DNA of 64,000 bases from Hamiltosporidium tvaerminnensis FI-OER-3-3 (Eukaryota > Fungi > Microsporidia). A program made the position numbers and the translations under genes. This document shows positions 50,079-61,050 of the stretch, piece after piece (positions within the stretch are counted from its first letter, which is position 1; each line of letters begins with the position of its first letter). Location of the stretch: positions 558,001-622,000 of the forward strand of contig CM061249.1 of NCBI GenBank assembly GCA_022605425.2, given 5' to 3'. The notes beneath the pieces were generated by a model. The model had not been told where the DNA came from, ran no database searches, and saw nothing but the letters and a program-made list of their open reading frames with translations.

Positions 50079-50466
50079 GATTTTAGATTTACATGAATCT
50101 AATGAAAAAGTATTTACTTCCCAACACTTTTCTTATTGTTAATTGATAAATAAACCACTTATTACGATATATTCTAAGTTTATGATCATATTGTTTATGT
50201 CTTATCTAATATTGTCTATAATTGATAAAAAAACGGCTTACTAATATGCTTTGAATTTACATATCACTTTAAGTAATATTTAGACTTTCTTTGAAAATCA
50301 ATGTTTAATATGTCTAATTGTTTTTATATAACTATCAATTATTATTATTTTATAGTAGCTTTGTTCAAAGATAAACTCTTTATAATCTTTTGAAGTAATA
50401 AACATGTATAATAAAATCAATTTATGCTTTAAAGTACAAATAATTAATTCTTTTGCGAAATTCGGT

Positions 50467-51170
50467 TAGTGGAGGGTGGATTACCACAAAAAAACTTTCT
50501 ACTTGGCAAGAAATATTTGAAACTGGTGTGAAGATCATAGTTTGTATTTTTTGTAGAAATAAAACCACACTAAAGTTTCGGCATGAATTGGATTTGTATG
50601 AGGAGATCTACTAAATAGCGATACTTTTTCTAAAAATTTAATTTTTAGTTTTTTATGTAACTAGATTGAAGAAGGTAGCTAAGATTGTAGGTAATCGTTA
50701 TGTAAAGCGTAGAAAAATGGTTTTGGTCACAGAGGTTTGAAGATTTCGCACCTGTATATATAAAAAATGAAATAATTTAAAGCATAGAAAGCTAAGTAGC
50801 AGGTTATACATTTTTGTATGACAATGCAGTGTCTAGGTAGACTCCATATAAGTCTCTGAATATATCTTGGCCAGGTGTTTATTGAGCTCATAAAGTGTAG
50901 TGTAGGTGAAAATACTGTGTAGTATTGGGGGCCCTAGGTGGTTTTGATCTAAGATCAAACTCCATGCAACCAACATAACCGAATTCCGGGCAACTGCATC
51001 GCTCATTAATTAGTTTATAAATATCTTTTAGGTGAAAGGAGTAGAAATGTAGGTATCTTATGAGGTACTGATAGAGCTTCGAGTGTACAGTAATTTACTT
51101 TAACCTTAGAACTGCATCAATATCATGAAAACGAAATAACACTTGCCACCTTTTTAAAAAGATGTGATAC
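50467..51170 (+). ncRNA. Family A structured RNA-like repeat, copy A5 (full length)
   Basis: UGGCAAG (50504) pairs with CUUGCCA (51142). Wobble-rich hairpin UUAUGU-AAA-GCGUAG, GCUAAGUAGCAGGUUAUA, AUGCAAC, UGUAGGUA; 3' end AAAAAGAUGUGAUAC. Closest to A7. Confidence 0.8.
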
Positions 51171-52693
51171 TTTTTAATAAAGCACTTTTAAATTTTGAGA
51201 AATATGCTAGAATAATATAAGCTTTAGAAGGCACTAGAATTGTCTTGTTATTTCAATCAAACAATTAAGTTTAATTCAATACTATTGATATTTATATAGA
51301 AATAGCTTTTCTATATTTATCACTTTTTTCGTCGAGTAAATATTCCTAAAACTACCTTAAAAATATAAATATGTCGAATATATTACTTGTGTAGATATTA
51401 AATGTTTAGATAAAATATTTTAAAATAGTTAAATACCACTATTAAAGTGATATTCGCTCAAAGGAATGGTACATTAAACAATAACATATTTTATATAAAT
51501 TAATAAGAATTTAGATAAAAATTAAACGGTATTAGTTTAAAATATTACTGATTTTCAAATGAAACTATATTTAGAAAAAAAAGTACTGAGATTCGTTTTA
51601 ATAGAAGAATAAAATAGCCCACTTAAATGCATAATTAAATATAGAATTTTAAATCTGTAAACATATAAATAAATATTGAATTCCTTGTTAAATTTATTCA
51701 AGCGTTAAGTTTAATGTTTTTTTTGCATACAATACTTCTTAACCACCTTACTGCCCTTACTATAACTTGCACAGTTTTTAAATTTTCATCAAATATTTTC
51801 GGCAGTTGTAATGCCCAAAATTATGTTTTTGGCATTTCGCCTCATCTACTCAACATTATATTACTCATCTTTATTTTTTTGTAAAAATAAAGCGCTGCAT
51901 GTTTCTCGGCTTTCTGTAAGGTATATATTAATGATTTATTTCTTCTTTCGTTAGACTTTAGCCCTGGCTCTAGGGCTCTTCATCGACCAAGGAAATTTTT
52001 TCGATTCCTTTTGGATATTTTCGACTGTACATACCCATCAATTAGTATAAAAATATTAGGATTCATAGGGCTTATATTATGGTAATTTGTAAAAATATTA
52101 CCAAGGTGTATCACAAATAAATATTCCCACACCACTTTATATATTATATCAAATGAATATTTTGGTGATTATTCAAACTTTCGTAGTTTCACAGTTTTAA
52201 CATTTTGAAGCGAGTCTAATCGAATAAGTCTTTCATTTATAAGTGGAATAATATTCTATTTTTTATTCTATAAAAAAATATTCGATCTATTATTGCTAAT
52301 TATGGCAAATTTTTAATTCTGATATCCAATCATATTTTATAGTCATAATTAAGAATCTCTGAACTGAGTGATTTCTAATCTATTTCTTAGGCTTGGTTTG
52401 AATTCATTTAGGAATTGTATATATTGAAATGGAACTATATAATTATGGCGTTAAATATAGAATGCCGAGCAGGTTCTCACATCTAGTTGCTAATTATTTT
52501 GTTCATATTCTAAATTGACCTTGTATTGACAGTTTTATTATTTCAATAATACATTTAGATCTTGGATATAACAGAAAATACTCTTCTCGCGTGGCTTGGT
52601 GGTATTTTTATTGCGCTATTATGAAGAACATTAATATACAGTGGCTAAATATTTAAGAAAGATAATACAATAAGAGAATTGTAATCCAATAAA

Positions 52694-53393
52694 CATCACA
52701 TCTTTATATACAGTACATATGCTATATTGTTTTCATGACATTAACACCGTTCTAGGTTTTACATATGACTGCTGCCCGCACTCCACAGTATCCCTTAGAT
52801 ACCTATATCTCAAAGCCTTTTATCTAAAAAGTGAATAGCCCGAATTAATGAGCGAGACAGTTATCCGAGATTCGTTAATGTTCGTGCATGAAGTGTGATC
52901 ATGGGTAAAACTCATCCTGGGCTCCTTAGATAAGCAGCATTCTCACTTACTCTATAGATTACGAGCCCAATAGACATCCTGCTAAGATATATATCGGCGA
53001 CTCACATGGGATATATAGACAGTGCAATGTCATACCAACAGATATAACTATCCTCTTAGCTTTATGAGCTTCAACGGGGTTTATTTTTATATCTCGTAGG
53101 CGCTAAGATCTCCATCCCGAGAAAGCAAGGATAGGTATTCATGTTTTTACATGGCAATTATTTACAATTTCAGCTGCAATTTTCGATCTGGTTACATAAA
53201 AAACAAAAAATAAATTTGTAGAAAAGGTTTCGCAATTTCTTAGACCTTTTCTTCCTCATATAAATCACATGTAAAAACCAAAAATATAAAGTGGGTTTAT
53301 TCGGTCCGTAAATCCAAAAAATGATATTTCCACCGATTTCACGTACTCATTGCCAAGCAGATAGTTTTTTGTGTGGTTATCCTCGCTCCACTA
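52694..53393 (-). ncRNA. Family A structured RNA-like repeat, copy A6 (full length)
   Basis: Reverse complement has AGAAAAGGU/ACCUUUUCU, CAUGU-AAAA-ACAUG, CUAUCCU/GGGAUGG, UCUUAGC/GCUAAGA, GACA-UUGCAC-UGUC and AGA-UAUAGGUA-UCU. Confidence 0.8.
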
Positions 53394-53466
53394 TTCAAAG
53401 ATAATAACTGTTAGAATAAAATATCAAACTAAATATAATTTATTTTAAATTTTTATTAGACTATTT

Positions 53467-55470
53467 TTAAGGAATACATGTTTTTATTTTACTAATGGCT
53501 TTCCATACATCTTTTGCCGAATGACTAAATTTTAATATTTTCTTTGCTTTTTGAAAAAATGATACAAGTCTAAAATTTTTACCTTTTTCTTGAAGTTTGA
53601 ATAAAAGATATTCCAACCATAAAACATTATTTTCAGGCGAAAATTTTTTCCAGTCATTTTGGTTATTGCTTTTCATCTTTGGATAAATTTTCAAATGTTC
53701 TTCCCCTATAATCGTCTCATCTTCAAATAACCAATCAAATTCGTTTAAATCTTTGTAAATTATTGTGCCTTTATGGTTCAATCTACTCAGTGAAAAGTCT
53801 ATAATTTTGACGTTTAAGAATTTACTAATAAATTTCTCATTTTTAGAAATTTTTACACCTTCTTTAATTTGTGTAATATTCTTGCTTTCTAATGAGATTA
53901 TATCATTGCTTTTAAACTCTTTAATTTCCTCAGAATTTATGTATTCTTTATTTTCACTAAAATTGAGTTTATCAGGTGCATTATTTACGAATTGATTGTT
54001 TGAGGCTATATTTTCTTTGAGTTCATTAATATTCTGATTACTGTCATCGATCATTACGCTTTTATTATGCGATATTTTATATTTGTTCTTTAAAGTATGA
54101 GCATAATTATTTAGATGTTTTTTTTTATTTTCTCTTTTCTTCTTTGGTAGTCTATTTATCAGAATATTTCCCCAATGTAAATCTCGGTGTTCAAATTCAT
54201 ATTTACTTTCCATGTCTGCAAGGAAATAGCACGTTTGAAAGAAAACTTCCTTAACTTCTGCTTTGTTTTTAAAAATGAATTTTTCTAAATCATTACCGCC
54301 ATTTTCCATAATCAAACAACCAAATAGTTGATCTTTAGTAAAATTTAACGGAAAAATATTTTCGCTTGTATTGAATTGCTTGAAATCGTTCCATGCTTCA
54401 ATATATTCCTTGGTATAGCCGTCCTTTAAAACACAACTATCAAAAAATTGGCATACATTTTTTTCTTTGCTTAAAATTTTTAAAATAAATGATTCTCTAT
54501 AAAAGTCTTTGAATAACATTAAGGACTCATCTTCATCCATATTTTTTCGGGTGTCTGTTTCACAATATATATTCACAAATACATCTGAATTATGGTTTTC
54601 AGAAGTTTTATGATCAGTATTTCCTATATTATCAGAATTTATAACATTTACTGACAAATCAACCAGTTTACATTTTTCTTTTTTCAATGGTATTATTTTA
54701 AAAATCTTTTGTTTTACACAAAATACATCACTAAATGTAGCTTCGCCTATTTTTTTGACGTGATTTTTTGGCAAACTATCGAATGATCTCAAATTTATTT
54801 GGAATTGACTAGCAATATCTTCAGTATCTGTAAAAATTTTTAATAAATCATTTTTTAAGTTGTCATTTAATCCATAAAATTCACTTTTTTCCTGATAGGA
54901 TTTGATCCGATCTTTTTCGGATGGTAAATCTAAATTATTTATATTCGGGTGGCTACTAGGAATAATATTGCATAAATTATTATCTATATCATCTCTAATA
55001 AAATTTAAGTGGTTTATTTTATTTAAAAATGTCCGGTTTTTATATCTTGGCTGTTCTTTTATTACTATTTTAGATAATTTTTGATATCCATGCGTAAGTT
55101 TTACGGATTCGGTTCTTAAATCATCTGGATTTATATTACTTCTCTTATTTCTATTTATATTCTGTTTGTTACTTTGTTCCTGAAAATCAAATTTCAATTT
55201 AAACATATTTTCGAGTTTACTTAAAATTTTGGTTTCTTTATTCATCTTTTTTCGAGTGATACAATATAAGGGTTGATTGTTTTGTTTATTGCAAATTTCT
55301 TTATCTCTGAAAAGAACTTTTTTCAAGAATACAAAGCGATCGGATTCGCATTCAAGATTATTATTAATTTTAGAATTAGGTTTAAGTAAAATTTGTTTCA
55401 TTCTTTGTCTTAATACCATTACTTGTTTCCCTCTATTGTTTATTTCAAAATTTCTGCACATTTTATGCAT
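53467..55470 (-). CDS. Haspin-family atypical protein kinase
   Basis: KKIGEATFSDVF, KIIPL, GGNDLE, FEHRDLHWGNILI, IIDFSLSRL, W..FSPENNVLWLEYL. Long basic N-terminal region and N-rich inserts. Confidence 0.93.
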   Translation of the reverse strand: MHKMCRNFEINNRGKQVMVLRQRMKQILLKPNSKINNNLECESDRFVFLKKVLFRDKEICNKQNNQPLYCITRKKMNKETKILSKLENMFKLKFDFQEQSNKQNINRNKRSNINPDDLRTESVKLTHGYQKLSKIVIKEQPRYKNRTFLNKINHLNFIRDDIDNNLCNIIPSSHPNINNLDLPSEKDRIKSYQEKSEFYGLNDNLKNDLLKIFTDTEDIASQFQINLRSFDSLPKNHVKKIGEATFSDVFCVKQKIFKIIPLKKEKCKLVDLSVNVINSDNIGNTDHKTSENHNSDVFVNIYCETDTRKNMDEDESLMLFKDFYRESFILKILSKEKNVCQFFDSCVLKDGYTKEYIEAWNDFKQFNTSENIFPLNFTKDQLFGCLIMENGGNDLEKFIFKNKAEVKEVFFQTCYFLADMESKYEFEHRDLHWGNILINRLPKKKRENKKKHLNNYAHTLKNKYKISHNKSVMIDDSNQNINELKENIASNNQFVNNAPDKLNFSENKEYINSEEIKEFKSNDIISLESKNITQIKEGVKISKNEKFISKFLNVKIIDFSLSRLNHKGTIIYKDLNEFDWLFEDETIIGEEHLKIYPKMKSNNQNDWKKFSPENNVLWLEYLLFKLQEKGKNFRLVSFFQKAKKILKFSHSAKDVWKAISKIKTCIP

Positions 55471-56651
55471 TTTTTTCTTAAAAAAATATTTATTGTTTAA
55501 AATTTGTTTAGAATTTATAAATTTTCAATGAAAAATGGTTTTAATTTGTAAATCTCAACATAATTATGGTTTTTATTTCCTTTTAATTTTTATTTAATAG
55601 TTTGGAGATTTTAAGATTGCTAGAGGCTTGTTAGCTTTATTTTTTTTTTAGAATTAAAAATGTAATATATATGCTTGGCAATGATTTAAAAAGCTAATAT
55701 CTGACTTTTAGCTTCAATTTTTTTGAATTAGAAATTTTAATATTATTAAATTAGTAGATTAAATCTTAAAATAGTGGTTTTACAACATAGAATTTTCAGA
55801 AATTAATCATTTTGTGCTTTTTATTTATTTGTCAAATATAAGAGCCAATATCTAAATCAATAACATTTTTCTTTAAAATTTAAAACTTTCAACATAATAC
55901 ACAAATACTCAATTGCTTTGAACCATATTTAAATATTAAAAAAGAAATTTATTGAATCTTGCCATAACATGCCCTAACTAAATTCTTATATTTTTAAACA
56001 TGTGACCGAAGTATATTTGCGATATTTAAATAAGTTGATACGGATTGGGCATGCCTACTATTCGTCACAGAGGCTTTATCTTTTAAAAGATTTATAAATT
56101 TATTTTAAAATTCTTTTAATCTTTTCTTATAAACTTTAAATTCTTATATATTTGTTTTATATATCTATACAAGTCTAAAGCTCATAGAAACGAACTAAAT
56201 TTTATATTTTACAAAAAAATCAAAAAATGGAATACAATCTTAACCTTACCACCAGAGGCTTTATTTCGTAAATTCATGATTAAGTTTTCACCTTCGCTTG
56301 GTCTGTTTACTCATTATTCAGCATCTCATAGTGGCATTTTTATATCCTACCTTGGATGATTTTATAATTTAACTTCTGATCCTTTTTATAACCAAATTAT
56401 TTCTCTTCTGATTTATTTGCTTTGAAATTTTTTATAGTCTTTAAATTATTTTTTCCTTTTTTCTTATTCATGTTTATCATCTATTTTTATTACATTCCGC
56501 TATTTGCTTTACCTTATTTATGAATATAGTTTTTTTTCTTTCCGAAATTAATTTTTCTAGTGTCAAATGAGTGTTTAATTTAATGATTGTATAACATTTT
56601 GTTCTTTTTATTATAAATCTTTAATTTAACCAGATATAAGTACCAAAACTA

Positions 56652-56886
56652 CCCATCATGCCGTCATAGAATTGGCTTGGGGTATTCTCTGCTTTTTTAA
56701 GAGACGACTAAAAGAGACTGGTCCTCCGGGTTTGGGTTATGCGTAAGGCTAACAACCCATCCTATAAAATCAAGTTGTTACGAAACCCAAAAAATAACCG
56801 AACCTACTGAAAGAGACTGGTGGGCAGTATTATTGAGGGAGGCCAAGGCTTGTACAGCGCTGTAGTGCCAAGGATAGGTGAATGAA
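56652..56886 (+). mobile_element. Family B RTE-derived retroposon, copy B3
   Basis: CCCATCATGCCG..TAAGAGACGACTAAAAG..GCGTAAGGCTAACAACCCATCC..GTTACGAAAC..GAGGCCAAGGCTTGTACAGCGCTGTAGTGCCA followed by GAATGAAT. Only a degenerate TSD (ATAAGT..). Confidence 0.85.
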
Positions 56887-57110
56887 TAAGTCCTTAAAAT
56901 ATTTTTCCAAAACAACTTGTCATCTTGAATCATTGGGGATATGAATAAAATGTACAAAGAAAAGGGTTTAGTAATGAATTTAATTATACTATTGTTTGTA
57001 TATATTAAAAAAAGATTAAGAAGAAATTCAAACAAATGTATTAATTGCATCATACCTACAAACTATAAATTTAAAAAAGAAAGTTGTACATTTTTTAGTT
57101 ATTTTATTGT

Positions 57111-57812
57111 ATGTAGACGAGAATAACGACAAAAAACTTTCTTCTTGGCAAGAAGTATTTGAAACTGGTGGTAAGATCATTGTTTAGATTTTTTGTGGAA
57201 TAAAACCCCACTAAAGTTTCGGCATGAATTTAATTTGTATGAGGAGGTCTACTAAATAGCGAAACTTTTTCTACAAATTTATTTTGTAGTTTTTTATGTA
57301 ACTAGATCGAAGAATACAGCTGAAATCGTAGGTAATCGCCATGATAAAGCATGGAAACCTAGCTTTGGTCACTTAGGTTAGAAGATTTGACACCCGGGAG
57401 ATTTAAAATAAAACCATTTAAAGCCTTGAAAGCTAAGTAGCAGGTAATCCTTTTGGTTGACATTGCACTGTCTAGGTAGATCCATGTAAGTCTCTGAAAT
57501 ATATCTTAGCTAGGTGTTTATTGACTCCAGGAAAGGCAGAGTAAGGTGGAATTCGGCATAGTATTGGGGTACCTGGCTTGGGTTTTGATATAAGATCAAA
57601 CTCCATGCAACCAACATAACCGAATTCCGGTCAACTGCATCGCTCATTAATTGAATTATAAACATCTTTTAGGTGAAAGGAGTAGAAATGTAGGTATCTT
57701 ATGAGGTACTGATAGAGCTTCGAGATGACAGTAATTTACTTTAACCTTAGAACTGCATCAATATCATGAAAACGAATATAACACTTGCCACCTGTTTAAA
57801 AAAATAGGATAC
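57111..57812 (+). ncRNA. Family A structured RNA-like repeat, copy A7 (full length)
   Basis: Terminal helices UGGCAAG (57146)/CUUGCCA (57784) and GUAUUUG/CGAAUAU. Also GAGGAGGU-CUA..UAG-CGAA-ACUUUUUC, CCAUG/CAUGG, CUAGCUU/AGGUUAG and GACA-UUGCAC-UGUC. Confidence 0.8.
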
Positions 57813-59283
57813 TTTAAAATTTAAAATTAAAGACTTACAAGATAAACAAAGTCTATCATGTAATATATTTGTTCTTATTCAATTTTGCTTAGTTGTCTAT
57901 GATGTTTTTCGGTTCAGCATTAATAAGAAGCAAAATATTATATAAATATTTAAATTCTAACCAACGATCTGCAATATTCAAATTCAAAAAAAACTTCAAC
58001 ATTTCTGCTATATTATTTAGTTTGTATTCTAAGCCAGAATTTATATTCCGACATGTTTACCAAAAAGCCTTAATTTAAGAAAATTCTTAATGATGACAGT
58101 ACAGTGAAAAAAACGAAAAATTTTTTCAATTATATTTCCTATTCGAATCTTAATAAAATTTCATTCATCAATTCAAAATTCAAAACCTTAACACCAACGC
58201 TGAAATATTTTTTCGATTTTTTATTCTTTTCTTTATGGTTCAATCAAGTTTCGAGTATGATTTTATGCGTTTCTGATGATTTTTATGATCGGTTAGGATA
58301 TCTGTTGAATATCAATCTTATTTTTTTTGGATAAAACTATAGTTATGTGATTCAGTAAACAGACGAACTCCTAAAAATTTAAATTGTGAAATTTTTGCTT
58401 TTATTCGACAATCTATCTGAAACAACATTTCTTAATTTTTTTATGAGCAAGATCTTTTTAGACATTCTTTAAACTAATGATAAAAACTTTAACATTTTTT
58501 TATTGAACTTTGGTTTATGATTAGAATTTTTCAATTAATAAAATCATCTGGTTATAGGCAGAATTAGGCTCAATATCTTAACTGATTTTGTTTCAACTGA
58601 AATTTTAGTCTCGAATACACGATATCTTCATATTTTGTATATTTCATTGAAAAATAATGTTTGTTACTTTGATTTATTTATCTTATAATTTATAATTCAT
58701 TATTTCGTTCTATATATAGGACATGGTCATTCTGAAATAGCATGTAACACATGTACTTAAAAAATGAAAGAATGAATCAACTATGCATTTATAGGTTTTC
58801 TATTATATGGTAAAAATATATTCACATTCCCTGTTTATGTGCCCAATACTGATATTTAATTAAAATTGTACTTTCGTAAAAATCTATATTAAATGCTGAG
58901 ATTGAGTCATTTTGAATCAACTTTAAACCAAAACTTGATTTTATAAATATAAAGAAAATTAAAACTTTCTAAATAAACTTGATTTCTGATTACAAAAATC
59001 ATAAATTATTATAAATATAATTTTGAATAAGGCTATTCTAGATTAAATTAAGCATTTGACAAAATTTTTAATCAAAAATTGTTTACCACAAGCATTCTTA
59101 ATGAAGAGATACCAAAAATATTTTATTTTGGAATTTAATTTGTTCATATATCTACATATTTATGTATAAAAAAGTTTTTCGATTCATAAATTTATGCAAA
59201 ATTAATAATTTAATTTTTTTTAATCAAAAATTAATTAAAAATGATTTTTAAATATTTAAAAAAAATTACTTTGCATAAACTTT

Positions 59284-61050
59284 ATGTTGGAAACCGAGGA
59301 TGTTAAAATTTCTTGGATGAATTTGAACTTAAAAATAAAAAATAAAGGATTAAATACTAACCAAAGATCTATTATATACAATGAATTTGGTAGTGTTGGT
59401 CCAAAGTCTATGGTTGCATTGATGGGATCAAGCGGTGCAGGCAAAACATCTTTGATGAATTCACTTGCAGGAAGAATTGAAAAACATATAGCTATTTCTG
59501 GTAAAATATATGTCAATTCGGAAGAAAGAGATCCAAATACATGGCCTCATATTATGGCTTATGTAGAACAAGAATTCTATTTTTATGAAAATCAAACCGT
59601 AGAAGAAACCGTACTTTTTTCCTCTTTGATGAGATTAGGGGGGAGTGAAACAACAGATTTTATTAAAAACAGAACAGATGAAATCATAAATATGCTCGGG
59701 CTTTGTCAAGTCAAGCATACATATATTAATAAAGTTTCAGGCGGCGAAAAAAAAAGAGTTTCAATTGCATCTGAATTGGTTGGAAATCCACAGATTATTT
59801 TTTTAGACGAACCGTTGAGTGGATTAGATTCTTTTAGTGCATTACGTACACTAAAAATATTAAGAGAATTAGTAAATCACGGTAAAACAGTTCTAATTAC
59901 TATTCATCAGCCCTCATATCAAATGCTTAGTATTTTTGATGAAATGATTTTAATGGCAGATGGAAATATTATTTTTAGTGGCGTAGTAGATGATTGCATA
60001 GATTTTTATTCCCAATGTGGTTTTGAAATTCCTGAAAAAACAAATCCAGCGGATTTTTTTTTAAACATAGCATCAGTAGATACCACAACACCTGAAACAA
60101 TTGAAGAAAGTAATAAACGAATAGAAAAATTAAAAGAAAAATGGGCGCAATCAAGACAAGAAATTCAAATCTTAAACAAATCAATTAAACTCATCGATGG
60201 AAAAAGATCTTCAAGATTTACATTTATAAATCTCCTAAAAAGAAATTTTTTAGATTTACTTCGAGATAAAAAGTACTTGAAAATACAAATTATACAAAAA
60301 ATAATATTTCTTCTACTTCTAGGACTTACATACATCAATTTAGGTTATTCACAAGATGCAATACAAAGTCGTGTTGGTGTTATATTTTTTATTCTAATAA
60401 ACTCGGTATTTGGAACAGCTGGTCCTTTATTAAATATATTTCCAAAAGAAAAAAGAATTATTCAAAGAGAAAGAAGATCTGGAATGTACGATGGAGTAAC
60501 AGCTTATTTGGCAAAATTTATAGCTTTGATTCCTTTTATTATAATATTAACTATAACATATATTTCTGCGGTGTATTGGATGATAGGATTGTATCCGAGT
60601 GCAGGTAGATTTTTTATTTACTTGCTGATACAGGCATCTTTATTATTATTTTCTATTGCACTTACACTAACCATAGGAACATATTCTCCAAGCGAAAATT
60701 TTTCTCAAGTTCTAGGTACTACAATTATAATTATTTTTATTATTTTTGGTGGTAGTTTTTCGAATCCAAATACGATACCTTCGTGGTTATCGTGGATTAT
60801 TTGGATATCTCCAATACAATATGGATTTAAAGCTAGCATGCAAAATCAATTTGATGGACTAGAATTTATTTGTAATGACAATGATCCAAGATGTATAGAA
60901 AGTGGAAATGATGTAATAATTTTATATGGAATGGAAAGTCCTTCAATTTGGCCTTGTATACTAACACTCTGGGGATTGACTGTATTCTGGATATTTATTG
61001 GTGCAATCGGTTTGCATTTTTTAACAAAAATTTCACTTAAATTAAAGTAA
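59284..61050 (+). CDS. ABC transporter subfamily G (White-like) half-transporter
   Basis: 588 aa in NBD-TMD order. Walker A GSSGAGKT, signature VSGGEKKRVSIA, Walker B IIFLDEPLSGLD, TIHQP, NPADF, ERRSGMY, six C-terminal TM helices. Confidence 0.97.
   Translation: MLETEDVKISWMNLNLKIKNKGLNTNQRSIIYNEFGSVGPKSMVALMGSSGAGKTSLMNSLAGRIEKHIAISGKIYVNSEERDPNTWPHIMAYVEQEFYFYENQTVEETVLFSSLMRLGGSETTDFIKNRTDEIINMLGLCQVKHTYINKVSGGEKKRVSIASELVGNPQIIFLDEPLSGLDSFSALRTLKILRELVNHGKTVLITIHQPSYQMLSIFDEMILMADGNIIFSGVVDDCIDFYSQCGFEIPEKTNPADFFLNIASVDTTTPETIEESNKRIEKLKEKWAQSRQEIQILNKSIKLIDGKRSSRFTFINLLKRNFLDLLRDKKYLKIQIIQKIIFLLLLGLTYINLGYSQDAIQSRVGVIFFILINSVFGTAGPLLNIFPKEKRIIQRERRSGMYDGVTAYLAKFIALIPFIIILTITYISAVYWMIGLYPSAGRFFIYLLIQASLLLFSIALTLTIGTYSPSENFSQVLGTTIIIIFIIFGGSFSNPNTIPSWLSWIIWISPIQYGFKASMQNQFDGLEFICNDNDPRCIESGNDVIILYGMESPSIWPCILTLWGLTVFWIFIGAIGLHFLTKISLKLK

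Noticed and set aside
53215-53255. Hammerhead ribozyme in family A (GGUC...GAAACC on the element strand)
   Set aside because: Only ~11 nt separate GUC and GAAA and there is no CUGANGA. It is a hairpin with a CGAA bulge.
53765-55531. Short antisense or overlapping ORFs (also 9492, 14867, 46631, 59256, 59975)
   Set aside because: Shadow frames of well-supported genes.
57111-57812. Family A as a group I/II intron, rRNA fragment or RNase P RNA
   Set aside because: No GUGYG start or domain V AGC helix, no convincing P7 (GACUA/UAGUC) pair, no RNase P conserved regions and no recognisable rRNA sequence, as judged by eye. Should be rechecked with cmscan.
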